A stretch of DNA of 51,349 nucleotides from Burkholderiaceae bacterium (GTDB lineage: Bacteria > Pseudomonadota > Gammaproteobacteria > Burkholderiales > Burkholderiaceae_C), in contig DASVLN010000277.1 of NCBI GenBank assembly GCA_036384855.1, positions 1 to 51,349 of the forward strand. The letters run 5' to 3'. Of the stretch, positions 7,547 through 15,523 are shown piece by piece. Under the pieces are notes generated by a model. The model made no database searches and had not been told where the DNA came from. It saw only the letters and a list, made by a program, of their open reading frames with translations. Each line of letters starts with the position of its first letter. The first letter of the stretch is position 1. Position numbers and translations under genes: made by a program.

Positions 7547-8958
7547 CCACCCCCACCCTCCCGCCCGAAGTGGCGCGGCTCGTCCACTCAAAAGACCTCT
7601 ACGAGCTGTTGATGAACGTCCAGAACGGCATCGACGCGCCAGGTCACGCCAGCATGGCGAATGGCGTGATCGTGATGGTGGACAAGGCTCGCAACGCCCT
7701 CGCCCACCTCAGCGCCAGCGCAGCAGCGCAGGGAGAGGCGGTGGCGTGGCAGGTCTGGTGGGGTATCGGCGAAATGCGCCCGCATTGGCCGCCGTTCAAG
7801 ACCGAGAACGAGGCGCGCGACCACGCGTCGATGATCAGGAGCAACACCGAGGTGCGGCCGCTCTACACCCACCCCGCACCCCCTGCCAGCGCCAGCGCTC
7901 CCCGCGCGCAGGAGGCGCAGCAGCCGGCGGCCTGGATCGCGTGGCCAGGAGGAGAGCCGCCGGTCGAAGGTCACGTCGTCGTGCATTACCGGCTGCGCAG
8001 CGGCGCGGAATCGAACAACAGCGCCGATGGCTTGTTCTGGCATCACGACGGTGGTGAGGACGACATCGTCGCCTATCGACGCGCCCACCCCGCGCATGAA
8101 GGCGGCGAGGATGGGGAGCTGCCGGAGCTGAGCGACGAGCACATCCTCGCGCTGTGGCGCGAGGCCACTTCGGGTAATCACGGCGACACGACACATCAGT
8201 TCGTCTGCTGGTTCGCCCGCGCAATCCACGCCTCCCGCGCCCAGCCTGCGGCCGCCTCGGCAGCGGTGAGGGAGGCGCTGCGAATCGGCCGATCATGGAT
8301 AAAGGCGGTGACGAAGAGTAGCCACGCAACCGCCTCAGAACGAGACGCCGCACTCGTCGACCTTGCTTTCATCGACCGTACCGTCGACCGCCTCGCCGCC
8401 GCTCCCGATGTCCCGCCTGCGGAGGTCGCCCAGGCCGCGCCGCTGATGGCGAACGGCATGACGGAAGCCGAAACGAGCGCGACCGCGAGCGTGGTGGGGC
8501 TGTCCCAGGCCGCGCCGGTCGATGCGCTGCCGGAGCTGCCTCCACTCCCTTGGAAGGTTCCGACCGCAGCGGCTGGAGCTGTTTTCAAGTACGCCGAGGA
8601 CTACGCCCGCGCCGCCCAGGCCCTCGTCCGCGCCACACCCGCGCCCAGGGTGGAATCGCAGGCCATCGACGCGAAGATCGGTCTGCGAGAGCTGCCTCCG
8701 ATCCGGATGGGGTCGCAAGAGGTCGAATCCCTGGAGGCTGCTGCGAAGGAGCGCGGCGTCATCTTGCAGGCCCATGTGCGTGACCTGCTGCGAGCGCCCA
8801 GGGTGGAGGCGAAGCCGCTGACGGAGGAGCAGATCCGCGAGGGTTACCGCGAGGTGCGCGACGCAGGCCTCGTTGTGAATTTCGCGCAGGGCGTCAAGTA
8901 TGCCGAGCGCTTCCACGGCGTCGGCACGCACCCCGAGGCGGAAGGAGGTGCGTCTTGA
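7543..8958 (+). CDS. Mosaic phage accessory protein (471 aa) with an RHH-like module
   Basis: GTGA coupling; Ala/Pro linkers, VAW-type modules, internal in-frame direct repeats. Confidence 0.65.
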   Translation: MTTPTLPPEVARLVHSKDLYELLMNVQNGIDAPGHASMANGVIVMVDKARNALAHLSASAAAQGEAVAWQVWWGIGEMRPHWPPFKTENEARDHASMIRSNTEVRPLYTHPAPPASASAPRAQEAQQPAAWIAWPGGEPPVEGHVVVHYRLRSGAESNNSADGLFWHHDGGEDDIVAYRRAHPAHEGGEDGELPELSDEHILALWREATSGNHGDTTHQFVCWFARAIHASRAQPAAASAAVREALRIGRSWIKAVTKSSHATASERDAALVDLAFIDRTVDRLAAAPDVPPAEVAQAAPLMANGMTEAETSATASVVGLSQAAPVDALPELPPLPWKVPTAAAGAVFKYAEDYARAAQALVRATPAPRVESQAIDAKIGLRELPPIRMGSQEVESLEAAAKERGVILQAHVRDLLRAPRVEAKPLTEEQIREGYREVRDAGLVVNFAQGVKYAERFHGVGTHPEAEGGAS

Positions 8959-9155
8959 GCCAAGGCATCGCCGCCGGAAAGTCACTGTGCCTTCCGTTTC
9001 CCCTGATGCCTGCATTCGACGTGCAGATCGTCGTTCCGCGCGACATGACCCGAGGCGAGGCCGAGGGGCTGTGCGCGTTCGTCATGTCACTGGCTGCTCC
9101 TGAAGCGGCCGCCATCAAACACGCCGAGGCGGACAGCGAAAAGGAAGCACGATGA
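8955..9155 (+). CDS. Small phage hypothetical protein
   Basis: TTGA coupling with AGGAGG RBS; VPRDMTRGEAEGLCAFVMSL. Confidence 0.55.
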   Translation: MSQGIAAGKSLCLPFPLMPAFDVQIVVPRDMTRGEAEGLCAFVMSLAAPEAAAIKHAEADSEKEAR

Positions 9156-9415
9156 GCAAGCAATCCGAGGCCAAAGAGCGTCAGTGCTATACCCCGAAGC
9201 TCATTCCGAGCGTCTGCGGCAACTGCGCCCACAAGCGCAGCACGATCACCGAGCATCCGGCCGAATTCTCGTGGTCGAAGCCCTACACCACCGAGAAGGA
9301 CTTGCGCTGCGCGATCGGCGGCTTCGCGGTGAGGAAGATGGGCTCGTGCTCCGAATGGGCCGGCACGAGTGAGCACCCCGAGGCGGACAAGGAGAAGAGC
9401 AATGGCAGCCTGTGA
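9152..9415 (+). CDS. Small Cys-rich (Zn-binding) phage protein
   Basis: CGNCAH...LRCAIGGFAVRKMGSCSEW; ATGA coupling. Confidence 0.65.
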   Translation: MSKQSEAKERQCYTPKLIPSVCGNCAHKRSTITEHPAEFSWSKPYTTEKDLRCAIGGFAVRKMGSCSEWAGTSEHPEADKEKSNGSL

Positions 9416-9704
9416 TTACCGATCATGCGATGTCTGCGGCGGCAAGGCGTTCTACGACGCCGAGCTCGCCTACGAATCCATGTCCGACGAGAACTCCATT
9501 CGACGTGGGGCAACGCCGATGCGCTACGCCGGTCGCGAGCAGTTCAGCGAACCCGAGCTGACCGCCAAGTTCGGTCAAGTCCTTGGCTACGTCGGAGACT
9601 GGGCCGTCCTCTGCACCGCGTGCAGCAAGACGCATCGAACCGCCATTCTTCCGCGCGAGTCGGCCACCGGCACGCAGGCGGACAGCGGGGTGGCGGGATC
9701 GTGA
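9402..9704 (+). CDS. Small Zn-finger phage protein
   Basis: MAACDYRSCDVCGGKAFYDA...LCTACSKTH; AAGGAG RBS. Confidence 0.65.
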   Translation: MAACDYRSCDVCGGKAFYDAELAYESMSDENSIRRGATPMRYAGREQFSEPELTAKFGQVLGYVGDWAVLCTACSKTHRTAILPRESATGTQADSGVAGS

Positions 9705-10678
9705 CGGCCTACTACAACGAGATCGACCCCTACGCCGCCGAATGGCTGCGCAACCTGATTGCCGCCGGCCACATCGCGCCAGGCGAAGTCGATCAACGGA
9801 GTATCGAGGATGTCCACCCCGACGACCTGCGTGGATTCACGCAGTGCCATTTCTTCGCCGGCATCGGCGTCTGGAGCTACGCGCTTCGGCGCGCCGGCTG
9901 GGCAGACGACCGACCTGTTTGGACTGGTTCCTGTCCGTGCCAACCTTTCAGCGCGGCAGGCCAAGGCGCTGGGTTTGATGACGAGCGGCACCTATGGCCG
10001 GCTTTCTTCCACCTCATCCGCGAGCGACGCCCTGCAAAGATCATTGGAGAGCAGGTTGCGAGCAAGGACGCAGAGCCTTGGCTCGACCTTGTTCAAGATG
10101 ACCTGGAAGGCGTGGGTTACGCCTTCGGGGCGGTGCCGTTCCCGTCTGCGGGCGTCGGTGCTCCGCACATCCGCGACCGCCTGTATTGGGTGGCCGACGC
10201 CCAGCGCACAGATCGTCGACGCCAAGCCGCGGCCGCCGATTATGCAGGGTCGCAAACCGAGCGATCCGCAAATCGGGCTGGCGGACGTAGCCGTACATCT
10301 GTGCTCTTGGGCGACACCTCAAGCGTTCGACGCGACGAACCGGAGCACGCCGGAGCAGTTTGTCGCGAGAAAGCTCAAGCACCAGGCGACTGCCGCGGTG
10401 ACGGAGCTGGCCCCGCAGGCTCAATTATCGAGCTGGCCATCGCCGAGAGAGTCGGCCCGGTTAACGGCTTCTGGCGAGCTGCTGACTGGATCGCATGCAG
10501 GGATGACCGCTGGCGGCCAGTTGAACCCGGCACATTCCCGCTGGCTCATGGGGCTCCCGCCAGAGTGGGACGCCTGCGCGCCTACGGCAACGCGATCAAC
10601 GCCGAAGCGGCGCGCGTCTTCATCGAAGCCTTCATGACGGAGCCCAACCCCCTCCCCGGAGACCACCATGGCACCTGA
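9701..10678 (+). CDS. DNA cytosine-5 methyltransferase, catalytic (alpha) subunit
   Basis: [23 protein letters not shown] (motif IV), GEQV (VI), HIRDRLYW (VIII), RLRAYGNAI (X); GTGA coupling. Confidence 0.9.
   Translation: MTAYYNEIDPYAAEWLRNLIAAGHIAPGEVDQRSIEDVHPDDLRGFTQCHFFAGIGVWSYALRRAGWADDRPVWTGSCPCQPFSAAGQGAGFDDERHLWPAFFHLIRERRPAKIIGEQVASKDAEPWLDLVQDDLEGVGYAFGAVPFPSAGVGAPHIRDRLYWVADAQRTDRRRQAAAADYAGSQTERSANRAGGRSRTSVLLGDTSSVRRDEPEHAGAVCREKAQAPGDCRGDGAGPAGSIIELAIAERVGPVNGFWRAADWIACRDDRWRPVEPGTFPLAHGAPARVGRLRAYGNAINAEAARVFIEAFMTEPNPLPGDHHGT
9978..10637 (+). CDS. Nested alternative-frame ORF, putative MTase beta subunit (TRD + motif IX)
   Basis: Frame open 9759-10637 inside the MTase gene; WPTP/WATP repeats and [18 protein letters not shown]; start uncertain (9810 or 9978). 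Confidence 0.65.
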   Translation: MTSGTYGRLSSTSSASDALQRSLESRLRARTQSLGSTLFKMTWKAWVTPSGRCRSRLRASVLRTSATACIGWPTPSAQIVDAKPRPPIMQGRKPSDPQIGLADVAVHLCSWATPQAFDATNRSTPEQFVARKLKHQATAAVTELAPQAQLSSWPSPRESARLTASGELLTGSHAGMTAGGQLNPAHSRWLMGLPPEWDACAPTATRSTPKRRASSSKPS

Positions 10679-11294
10679 CCCGACCAAGCCCGATGCGGCG
10701 GCACTGGCGGCGGCACGCCAGGATTTGCACCGCAAGTTCCGTGAGCTGGGCTACACGACGAATGCGCAGACCAGTGAGCTGCTGGATGTCGTGTTCGACC
10801 GCCTCGCCGCCATGGCCCAGCGCCCCGATTCCGCTGGATCGCTGGTGGGTGATCGCGACCTCGCCCTGGGCCTGCTTCGCGGTCTGCACCCCGAGATCAC
10901 CCGCGACGAGCCCATGGAAGTCGCGCAGCAGATTTTCGACCACGTCCAGGCCGAGCGGGAAGTAGCATCCCGGCGGATCGTCAGAATGCAAGAGACGATC
11001 GACGCGCTGCTGCGCCAGCTACGCGGCGCGCCTTCCCAAGTCGCCACCGCCAGCGCACAAAGCGCCAAGCGCGACGCCACCTCCCAGGCAGCGCAGCGGG
11101 AGGAGACGTGCGAATGGTGGCAAGACGGCAACGAGGACGGCACTTGGTTCTCGGCCTGCGGCGGCGACCCGTGGCGGTTCGAGGCCGAAGACCCGACCAA
11201 GAACGGCATGCGCTTCTGCATCCACTGCGGCAAGCGCATGGTGCAGCGCGACGCCGCTCGCGCTGCTGGTGCGCAGGGAGGGGAGCGTGTCTGA
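10668..11294 (+). CDS. Phage protein with C-terminal Zn ribbon
   Basis: TCEWWQD..WFSACG...MRFCIHCGKRM; GGAG RBS. Confidence 0.65.
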   Translation: MAPDPTKPDAAALAAARQDLHRKFRELGYTTNAQTSELLDVVFDRLAAMAQRPDSAGSLVGDRDLALGLLRGLHPEITRDEPMEVAQQIFDHVQAEREVASRRIVRMQETIDALLRQLRGAPSQVATASAQSAKRDATSQAAQREETCEWWQDGNEDGTWFSACGGDPWRFEAEDPTKNGMRFCIHCGKRMVQRDAARAAGAQGGERV

Positions 11295-11808
11295 CCGCGA
11301 CCTCAACATCACCGCGGTCTTCAGCGACTGCGGCCGCTTCCGCCACATCCTGCGGGCCTGCTGGGACAGCAGTCGACCGACGCTCGGGTGGATCTGCCTC
11401 AACCCCAGTCAGGCCGGGCGCCCGGGCGGCGACGGCTTCGTCGTGGGCGACCCCTCAGTTCGGAAGATGGCCGGCTTCAGCGCGGACAACGGATACGGCG
11501 GCCTCGTACTGGCGAACCTGTTCGACTTCATCGCCACCGACCCGCGCGAGATGAAGGCCGCCGGCTATCCGCGCAGCCCCAACGCCGACGACTGGATCCG
11601 CACGGCGGCTCGGGAGGCAGGCGGCCATGTCGTGTGCGCCTGGGGCACGAACGCCCGCAAGCTGTCGCGGCCCACCGAGGTGCTCGCGCTCCTGCGCTCC
11701 GCCGGCGCGCGCACGATGGCACTGCGCCTCACCGACGACGGCATCCCCTGGCACCCGCTGATGCTGCCGTACTCGTGCAAGCTCGTCGACCTCGAGGTGA
11801 GAGGATGA
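11287..11808 (+). CDS. DUF1643 family protein
   Basis: AVFSDCGRFRHIL..W, ICLNPS, DPSVRK, NLFDFIATDP, VVCAWG, PWHPLM. Confidence 0.85.
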   Translation: MSDRDLNITAVFSDCGRFRHILRACWDSSRPTLGWICLNPSQAGRPGGDGFVVGDPSVRKMAGFSADNGYGGLVLANLFDFIATDPREMKAAGYPRSPNADDWIRTAAREAGGHVVCAWGTNARKLSRPTEVLALLRSAGARTMALRLTDDGIPWHPLMLPYSCKLVDLEVRG

Positions 11809-11939
11809 TCGCGCTCGGGTTCCTCCTGCTCGTGGCCGTCATTCTTGGCGTCCTGCGCCTGGGAGCGAGCGAGGCGCCGCCGCCGGACTACGGCGACTAC
11901 CGGGGCGACCCGAACGGAGATGACTCGGCATGGAAGTGA
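11805..11939 (+). CDS. Small membrane peptide (44 aa)
   Basis: ATGA coupling; MIALGFLLLVAVILGVLRLG then an acidic tail. Confidence 0.5.
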   Translation: MIALGFLLLVAVILGVLRLGASEAPPPDYGDYRGDPNGDDSAWK

Positions 11940-12164
11940 TCGAAAGCTGGGTACAGCTTCCGCCCCAGCGGCGCGTCATTCCTTCAACGACTCATGTTCG
12001 CCCTTATGCACGGGCAGGTGGTGCACTCGTCGAGAAGGATGCGCGCGCTATTGCACGTAAGCAATCGACCAGCCTCTGAGCGCCTGTGCTCGAATAGAGC
12101 CAAGGATGCAGTTGTTCCAATCGCTTAATCGGGAACTCTAGACGCTCACGGCTAGCATGATGAC

Positions 12165-12596
12165 TTAGGTTGCGGGCGTTGAAGTGGCCGGCGCAGCCTG
12201 CTCAACCCATAGGCGGCGTCCACGGAGCTCCTCACCGTCAGCCACAACAACCACGTCCAGATAACGGCAGTCGGCCGGAAGCTCCAACGGGATTATTGTG
12301 ACCTGAAGCATTATTTGCGCTCTGGTCCTGCCTTCTTTATGGATGTCTTCTACTTTCGGATTCAGCGTACCGCTTTCGAAAATGACCTCCCCATCGTTTC
12401 GCTCGATTCGAGCACTGAACTCCGAGACGGGACGATCAAGCGGCGTATCAATGCAAATCCACACGCAAAGTCGCGGCAACCCTAACGGAAGGTGAGGGAC
12501 ACTCATCCCTCCCGTGTAGACACCCATGAAGGATGGCTTATCGCCAACCTCAAGTCGAATGTCGTCGCACCAAAGATTGGTAACGAATCGGCTCAT
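12165..12596 (-). CDS. DUF6941-like protein
   Basis: LWCDDIRLEVGDKPSFMGVY...LPRLCVWI beta-rich signature; ATGA coupled to the HTH gene; low GC. Confidence 0.65.
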   Translation of the reverse strand: MSRFVTNLWCDDIRLEVGDKPSFMGVYTGGMSVPHLPLGLPRLCVWICIDTPLDRPVSEFSARIERNDGEVIFESGTLNPKVEDIHKEGRTRAQIMLQVTIIPLELPADCRYLDVVVVADGEELRGRRLWVEQAAPATSTPAT

Positions 12597-13105
12597 ACGT
12601 CTTCTCTCTCATTAAGCGCGGCCCGAGAATTTTCCCATGCACTCGCAAACTCATCCATTGAAACGCCAAGCGCTTGCGAAATCCTACGAATTTGCATCAG
12701 GTGAGGCTCGTGCTTCCCAGACTCCATTCTAGAAATATGAGGCTGCTCCATTCCGCAAGCCTCGGCAAGCTGTCGCTGCGACATCCCGGCTCGCAGACGC
12801 AAAGCCGACAGCGTCATAGTTGGATAGAACGCCTCCGCAACCCATGCCCGCGCCCGAGGGAGCTCGCTGGCGTAAACAGGGTCAGCGGCCAGCTCATCGA
12901 GTAGTTGGTCGAACTCAGGGCTCTCGATTTCAGAATTATTTTCGGGCTCGACGATAAACCTATACGTTTGTGCAGCGACACCTTTCGCAAATCCATCTGC
13001 TTGGCCTGCAGCAAAGGCTGCATCGCACGCCAGTCTAGCGACGAAGGAACTCGCGCTGGATGGTACCTTCAATTCGCTTTCGGAGCGGGTGATCAGGGTC
13101 GTCAT
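12593..13105 (-). CDS. XRE/HigA-like HTH antitoxin
   Basis: LSALRLRAGMSQRQLAEACGMEQPHISRMESGKHEP..IRRISQALGV; start uncertain. Confidence 0.8.
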   Translation of the reverse strand: MTTLITRSESELKVPSSASSFVARLACDAAFAAGQADGFAKGVAAQTYRFIVEPENNSEIESPEFDQLLDELAADPVYASELPRARAWVAEAFYPTMTLSALRLRAGMSQRQLAEACGMEQPHISRMESGKHEPHLMQIRRISQALGVSMDEFASAWENSRAALNEREDV

Positions 13106-13442
13106 AGTCAAACTCACTTCTGCGCGCAATTCCAAGAATGTGGAAGCACTCGGATCGCGAATTAAATATATAGAATATTCGAAACCTCAGTTCGTCTCGT
13201 TCAAGCTCGTACGACTTAACTCGGTATATCGTGCGGCCCAAGCGGAGCATGCTGCCCCATTTTTCGACCGATATGCTCTCTGTCCAGTCTCGCCCATAAC
13301 CAGCTTGCAATAAACGACCTTGCAACTCTGCGTCTTTGCGCAATGCATCCACGAACTCCGCTAGACGGGCGAAGTCCCGAGGCGCCATCTGGCCCCTCAG
13401 GACTCTCAGGTCTTTCACAGCCTCTCCGTGAACCTTCAGCAT
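13035..13442 (-). CDS. RelE/HigB-like toxin (putative)
   Basis: LKVHGEAVKDL...IYRVK......FRIFY......HILGIARRSEFDY RelE-fold pattern, upstream of the HTH; alternative GTG start at 13454. Confidence 0.6.
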   Translation of the reverse strand: MLKVHGEAVKDLRVLRGQMAPRDFARLAEFVDALRKDAELQGRLLQAGYGRDWTESISVEKWGSMLRLGRTIYRVKSYELERDELRFRIFYIFNSRSECFHILGIARRSEFDYDDPDHPLRKRIEGTIQREFLRR

Positions 13443-13555
13443 GTATGATACCACCCTTGATATGGTAGCGCATTCCCCTGATCGGGGGAACAGCGCCACT
13501 CGACAGCGCCATGTTACAGGGTGTATCCGTCGCGAGCCCTGCCGGCCGGCCAGCT

Positions 13556-14524
13556 TCAGGCCGCCAACCGGTGCTCGTAGTAGGGTCGTTCTCGATCGTC
13601 CAGGATCGCCTGCATAGCAGCCACGTCGGCCCCAGGCCGGAGCCACGCTTCGACGTTCTCCCGCTTGATCGGGATGATGCACCGGTCGTGCCCAGCGGCC
13701 GCGACCTCCGGCGGCGGCTCGTCCGTGATCGCAGCGAACGACAGCAAGTCAGCCTGCCCGGGCGCCGTCCAGCGGGCCCAGAGGCAGGCGACGAGCATCT
13801 CGTCGAGGCCCGCGGGCTTGAACTCGAGGATCATGTCCTCTTCGGCCTCACCGGCGGCGAGGTCGCGGCCCTCGGCCTTGTGCCGCGGCACGTGCTCGAA
13901 GAACGAACTGGCCAGCATGATCCCGTGCGAGAAGCCAAAGAGCGGCTTCCAGAAGCGGCTGCCGAGGCTGTCGCGGCGCGCGTTGTAGGTGCCAGGGAAC
14001 TTGACGTCGAAGAAAGCCGGCGAGCCGCACGGCCGGCACTGGTAGCGCATCGGCATGACGACGAACTGCCCGTCCTGCACGACCATCACCGGCGCATAGA
14101 CGCCCGGGAAGATCCGAGAGTCGCGCGGCTCAAGCTCGCTGCGCTGGAGGTCGGCCAGCGCCCGGCGCGCGCGCTCGATCTTGTCGGGGGCAATGCGCGC
14201 GTCGTCGGCAGCCTTTTTCGTCGGCTTGGCGCCGGCCAGAACGCGCTCCGCGTCCGCCAGGCGCTTCCGTTGGGCGAACAGCTCTTGCTCGAGCCTCGTG
14301 GCTTCGCTGGCGTGCCATGCGTCGATCTCGGCCTTGATCCGCCGCTCGTCGTCGGTCTGAGGATCGGCGAAGGCATGCTCCATCGCCTTCGGGATCTTCA
14401 CCTTCGCCGCGGGCTCGTGGGCTCGCTGCCAGAAGGTGCGATAGAACTCGCCGACGCTCATCGTGGCGCCGAACATCCTGGTGTATTTCCGCCAGTCGGC
14501 GTAGACCTGGGCGCTGTAGCACAT
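13556..14524 (-). CDS. SOS response-associated peptidase (SRAP/HMCES) family protein
   Basis: N-terminal MC, YNARRDSL, FFEHV, FAAITDEP, AAGHDRCIIPI; helical insertion. Confidence 0.9.
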   Translation of the reverse strand: MCYSAQVYADWRKYTRMFGATMSVGEFYRTFWQRAHEPAAKVKIPKAMEHAFADPQTDDERRIKAEIDAWHASEATRLEQELFAQRKRLADAERVLAGAKPTKKAADDARIAPDKIERARRALADLQRSELEPRDSRIFPGVYAPVMVVQDGQFVVMPMRYQCRPCGSPAFFDVKFPGTYNARRDSLGSRFWKPLFGFSHGIMLASSFFEHVPRHKAEGRDLAAGEAEEDMILEFKPAGLDEMLVACLWARWTAPGQADLLSFAAITDEPPPEVAAAGHDRCIIPIKRENVEAWLRPGADVAAMQAILDDRERPYYEHRLAA

Positions 14525-14535
14525 GGCAATCGCCC

Positions 14536-14796
14536 TCAGGGCTCGACCGGGATCCGCAGCTCGTCGAGTACAGCATCGACGCCCTGCTGCGCCCACGGCG
14601 TTCGATGCTCAGGCGAGAGCCCGCGACCGCACTCCGAGTCGAGGCTCCGCAGCAGGATCCTTCGAGCCTCGTCCGGATCGGGGAATGCGTTCACGAGGGC
14701 GCGCACGGCCGCGGTGAGCGCATCCAGCCGGCCGAAGATCTCGTGCATGTCCTGGGTGTCTTTCTCGCCCAGGTTGGTCATCGGGGTTGTGTCCAT
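14536..14796 (-). CDS. Hypothetical protein (86 aa)
   Basis: GGAGGTG RBS before ATG 14796; co-oriented 11 nt upstream of SRAP. Confidence 0.6.
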   Translation of the reverse strand: MDTTPMTNLGEKDTQDMHEIFGRLDALTAAVRALVNAFPDPDEARRILLRSLDSECGRGLSPEHRTPWAQQGVDAVLDELRIPVEP

Positions 14797-14849
14797 GTCG
14801 TCGCACCTCCGAGACCGATTCTGCACCTCCTGTCGCGCGACAATGGATC

Positions 14850-15467
14850 ATGAATTTCGCCTCCCGCCTCCTGCTCCTCGCCGCGATCGCCGCCGCCGCC
14901 ACGCCCGCCGACGCGAGCCGCCGCAAGCATTCGCTGGTCGACCAAGCCGTCTCTGCCTACGAGGACAGCCACTCCTACAGCATCCCCGCCGCAGGCGCCA
15001 TCGAAGTCGCCTTCAGCCCGAATGAGGGCTCGGAGCATCTCGTCGTGAAGGTCATCGACAGCGCGCAGCGCGAGCTGCGCGTCCTCGCCTATTCGTTCAC
15101 GTCCGTCCCGGTCACCGAAGCGCTGGTGCGCGCCCGGCACCGCGGCGTCGACGTCCGCGTGATTGCCGACCAAAAGGAGAACGTCAGCCAGGACCGCAGC
15201 GGCAAGGCTCGGGCCGCTCTCGGTGCCCTGCAGGCGGCCGGCGCCGACGTCCGCACGATCAGCGTCTACCCGATCCATCACGACAAGGTCGTGATCGCCG
15301 ACGGCCAGACCGTCGAGCTCGGCTCGTTCAACTACTCTGCCGCGGCCGCGCACGCCAACAGCGAGAACGTCTTCGTGAACTGGGCGAACCCGAAGCTCGC
15401 GAGCGTCTACCTCGAGCACTTCGCGAGGAACTACGCTCAGGCCCAGCCGTTCGTCCCGAGCTACTGA
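14850..15467 (+). CDS. Exported phospholipase D-family endonuclease (Nuc-like)
   Basis: Signal peptide MNFASRLLLLAAIAAAATPADA; EVAFSP, AYSFTS, single HKD motif HDKVVIADGQTVELGSFNYS, NSEN. Confidence 0.9.
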   Translation: MNFASRLLLLAAIAAAATPADASRRKHSLVDQAVSAYEDSHSYSIPAAGAIEVAFSPNEGSEHLVVKVIDSAQRELRVLAYSFTSVPVTEALVRARHRGVDVRVIADQKENVSQDRSGKARAALGALQAAGADVRTISVYPIHHDKVVIADGQTVELGSFNYSAAAAHANSENVFVNWANPKLASVYLEHFARNYAQAQPFVPSY

Positions 15468-15523
15468 CCCGCGGCGCCGCGCGAGCGCGTACGATCGCCT
15501 TCACCCAATCTCGAGACGACGCG

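Noticed and set aside
3415-9704. Short repeats considered as a CRISPR array
   Set aside because: Repeats are tandem without spacers, or are separated by whole genes; no cas genes
14830-14843. CTGTCGCGCGACAA as an SOS box for SRAP
   Set aside because: Spacer is 6 nt and the right half is ACAA; kept only as a generic palindrome
13511-15025. 504-aa + strand ORF
   Set aside because: Antisense to SRAP and out of frame with the nuclease; no motifs
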